Assembly (NCBI RefSeq): GCF_002105155.1
Contig: NW_019028988.1
Span: 496,001-560,000, forward strand
DNA length: 64,000 bases
Source: Lobosporangium transversale
Taxonomy: Eukaryota
Direction of reading: 5' to 3'
Shown here one piece after another: positions 63,184-64,000 of the stretch. The notes beneath the pieces are model-generated. The model had not been told where the DNA came from. It ran no database searches and saw only the letters and a program-made list of their open reading frames with translations. Made by a program: the position numbers and the translations under genes. Within the stretch, counting starts at the first letter, position 1. Each line of letters opens with the position of its first letter.

Positions 63184-63441
63184 AAAAGAAAAAAAAGAAA
63201 AGAAAGGAAAAAAGAGAGAGGATTGACGTCCTCCTCCCCCCCTTCCAACTTTTTTAATTGTGCTCTCGCATGCTAAATGGCTGGGGGAGACCTTGGCCCT
63301 CGAGGAGGAAGCAATTGATCATTTAGACCATTTGTCATGAGGAAGAATGTTAAAATAGTCCGATACGAAATGTGCAAACACACTCTTCCTTCAGCGCCAA
63401 CACATCCTTCTTTCCCATTGTGTACATGAACATGTGTTTGG

Positions 63442-63472
<31 letters not shown>

Positions 63473-64000
63473 GCAACCCATTGCATTATCGACAATATCA
63501 CTGTTGACCCTATGAGAAATGTGGTCCATCTAAATAGGAGAAACTACAGAAGCCTTTGTTTAAATATTTTCCCATTGAGTTAGGGGAGCATTGATTTCTC
63601 CTCGCATTGACCATACATTTGTACAAGACAATTGGGGGTACAATCAATTTTATCTTTTTATTATGAAAATGAATATTTCAGTCTATGTATTGTTCCTCCC
63701 ATTTCCTCCTAATAATGTCTTCAGATCCTCACACAGCTAACACAGCAATAACAATCATAATAATTTGATTATGTGCTGGCTTGTTGTTTTTCTTTTTTCT
63801 TTTTTCTTTTTTTTCTTTCTTTCTTAGGAAGTAAATGACATGAAAAGTAAAAAAAAAAAAAAAAAAAAAAATATGGCAAATAAACCTTCTATAGAGTATA
63901 AAAAAAAATAAAAGTCAAACTAAAGTTATATACACAACAAAGAGCAAGAGAAAGAGAAGAAAAAAAAAAAAAAAAAAAAAAAGAAAAGAGAGAGAAAGCG

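Noticed and set aside
1..64000. tRNA, rRNA or CRISPR arrays
   Set aside because: Reading by eye found no cloverleaf or T-loop context, rRNA-like sequence or repeat-spacer periodicity. A tRNAscan-SE/Infernal run would be needed to exclude small RNAs.

Overview
Eukaryotic, intron-rich fungal DNA. The delta-5 desaturase closely matches the Mortierella alpina enzyme as I recall it, which suggests Mortierellaceae (inference). I can support 20 intact protein-coding genes, assembled by hand across GT-AG introns: two low-complexity unknowns, a YeiH/UPF0324-type transporter, Ies2/INO80B, an SCI1-like protein, delta-5 desaturase, an arrestin-like protein, a TPR-MYND protein, a DUF679/DMP-like membrane protein, a NIPA Mg transporter, ATP19, IMP1, a GPI-type aspartic protease, a SUN protein, Spc34, an HSPA12-type Hsp70, Fmp46, a KY/transglutaminase-like peptidase, a Zn2Cys6 factor and acetyl-CoA synthetase. 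There is also a frameshifted Helitron Rep remnant and a probable pseudogene. The most notable observation is the 5-exon gene at 23128-24969 (-). It is invisible as a single ORF because of 11-nt and 28-nt micro-exons, and its spliced product carries motifs of the DMP/DUF679 family, usually described as plant-specific and involved in gamete fusion. I found no tRNA, rRNA or CRISPR features. All family calls are motif recognition from memory, not database searches.
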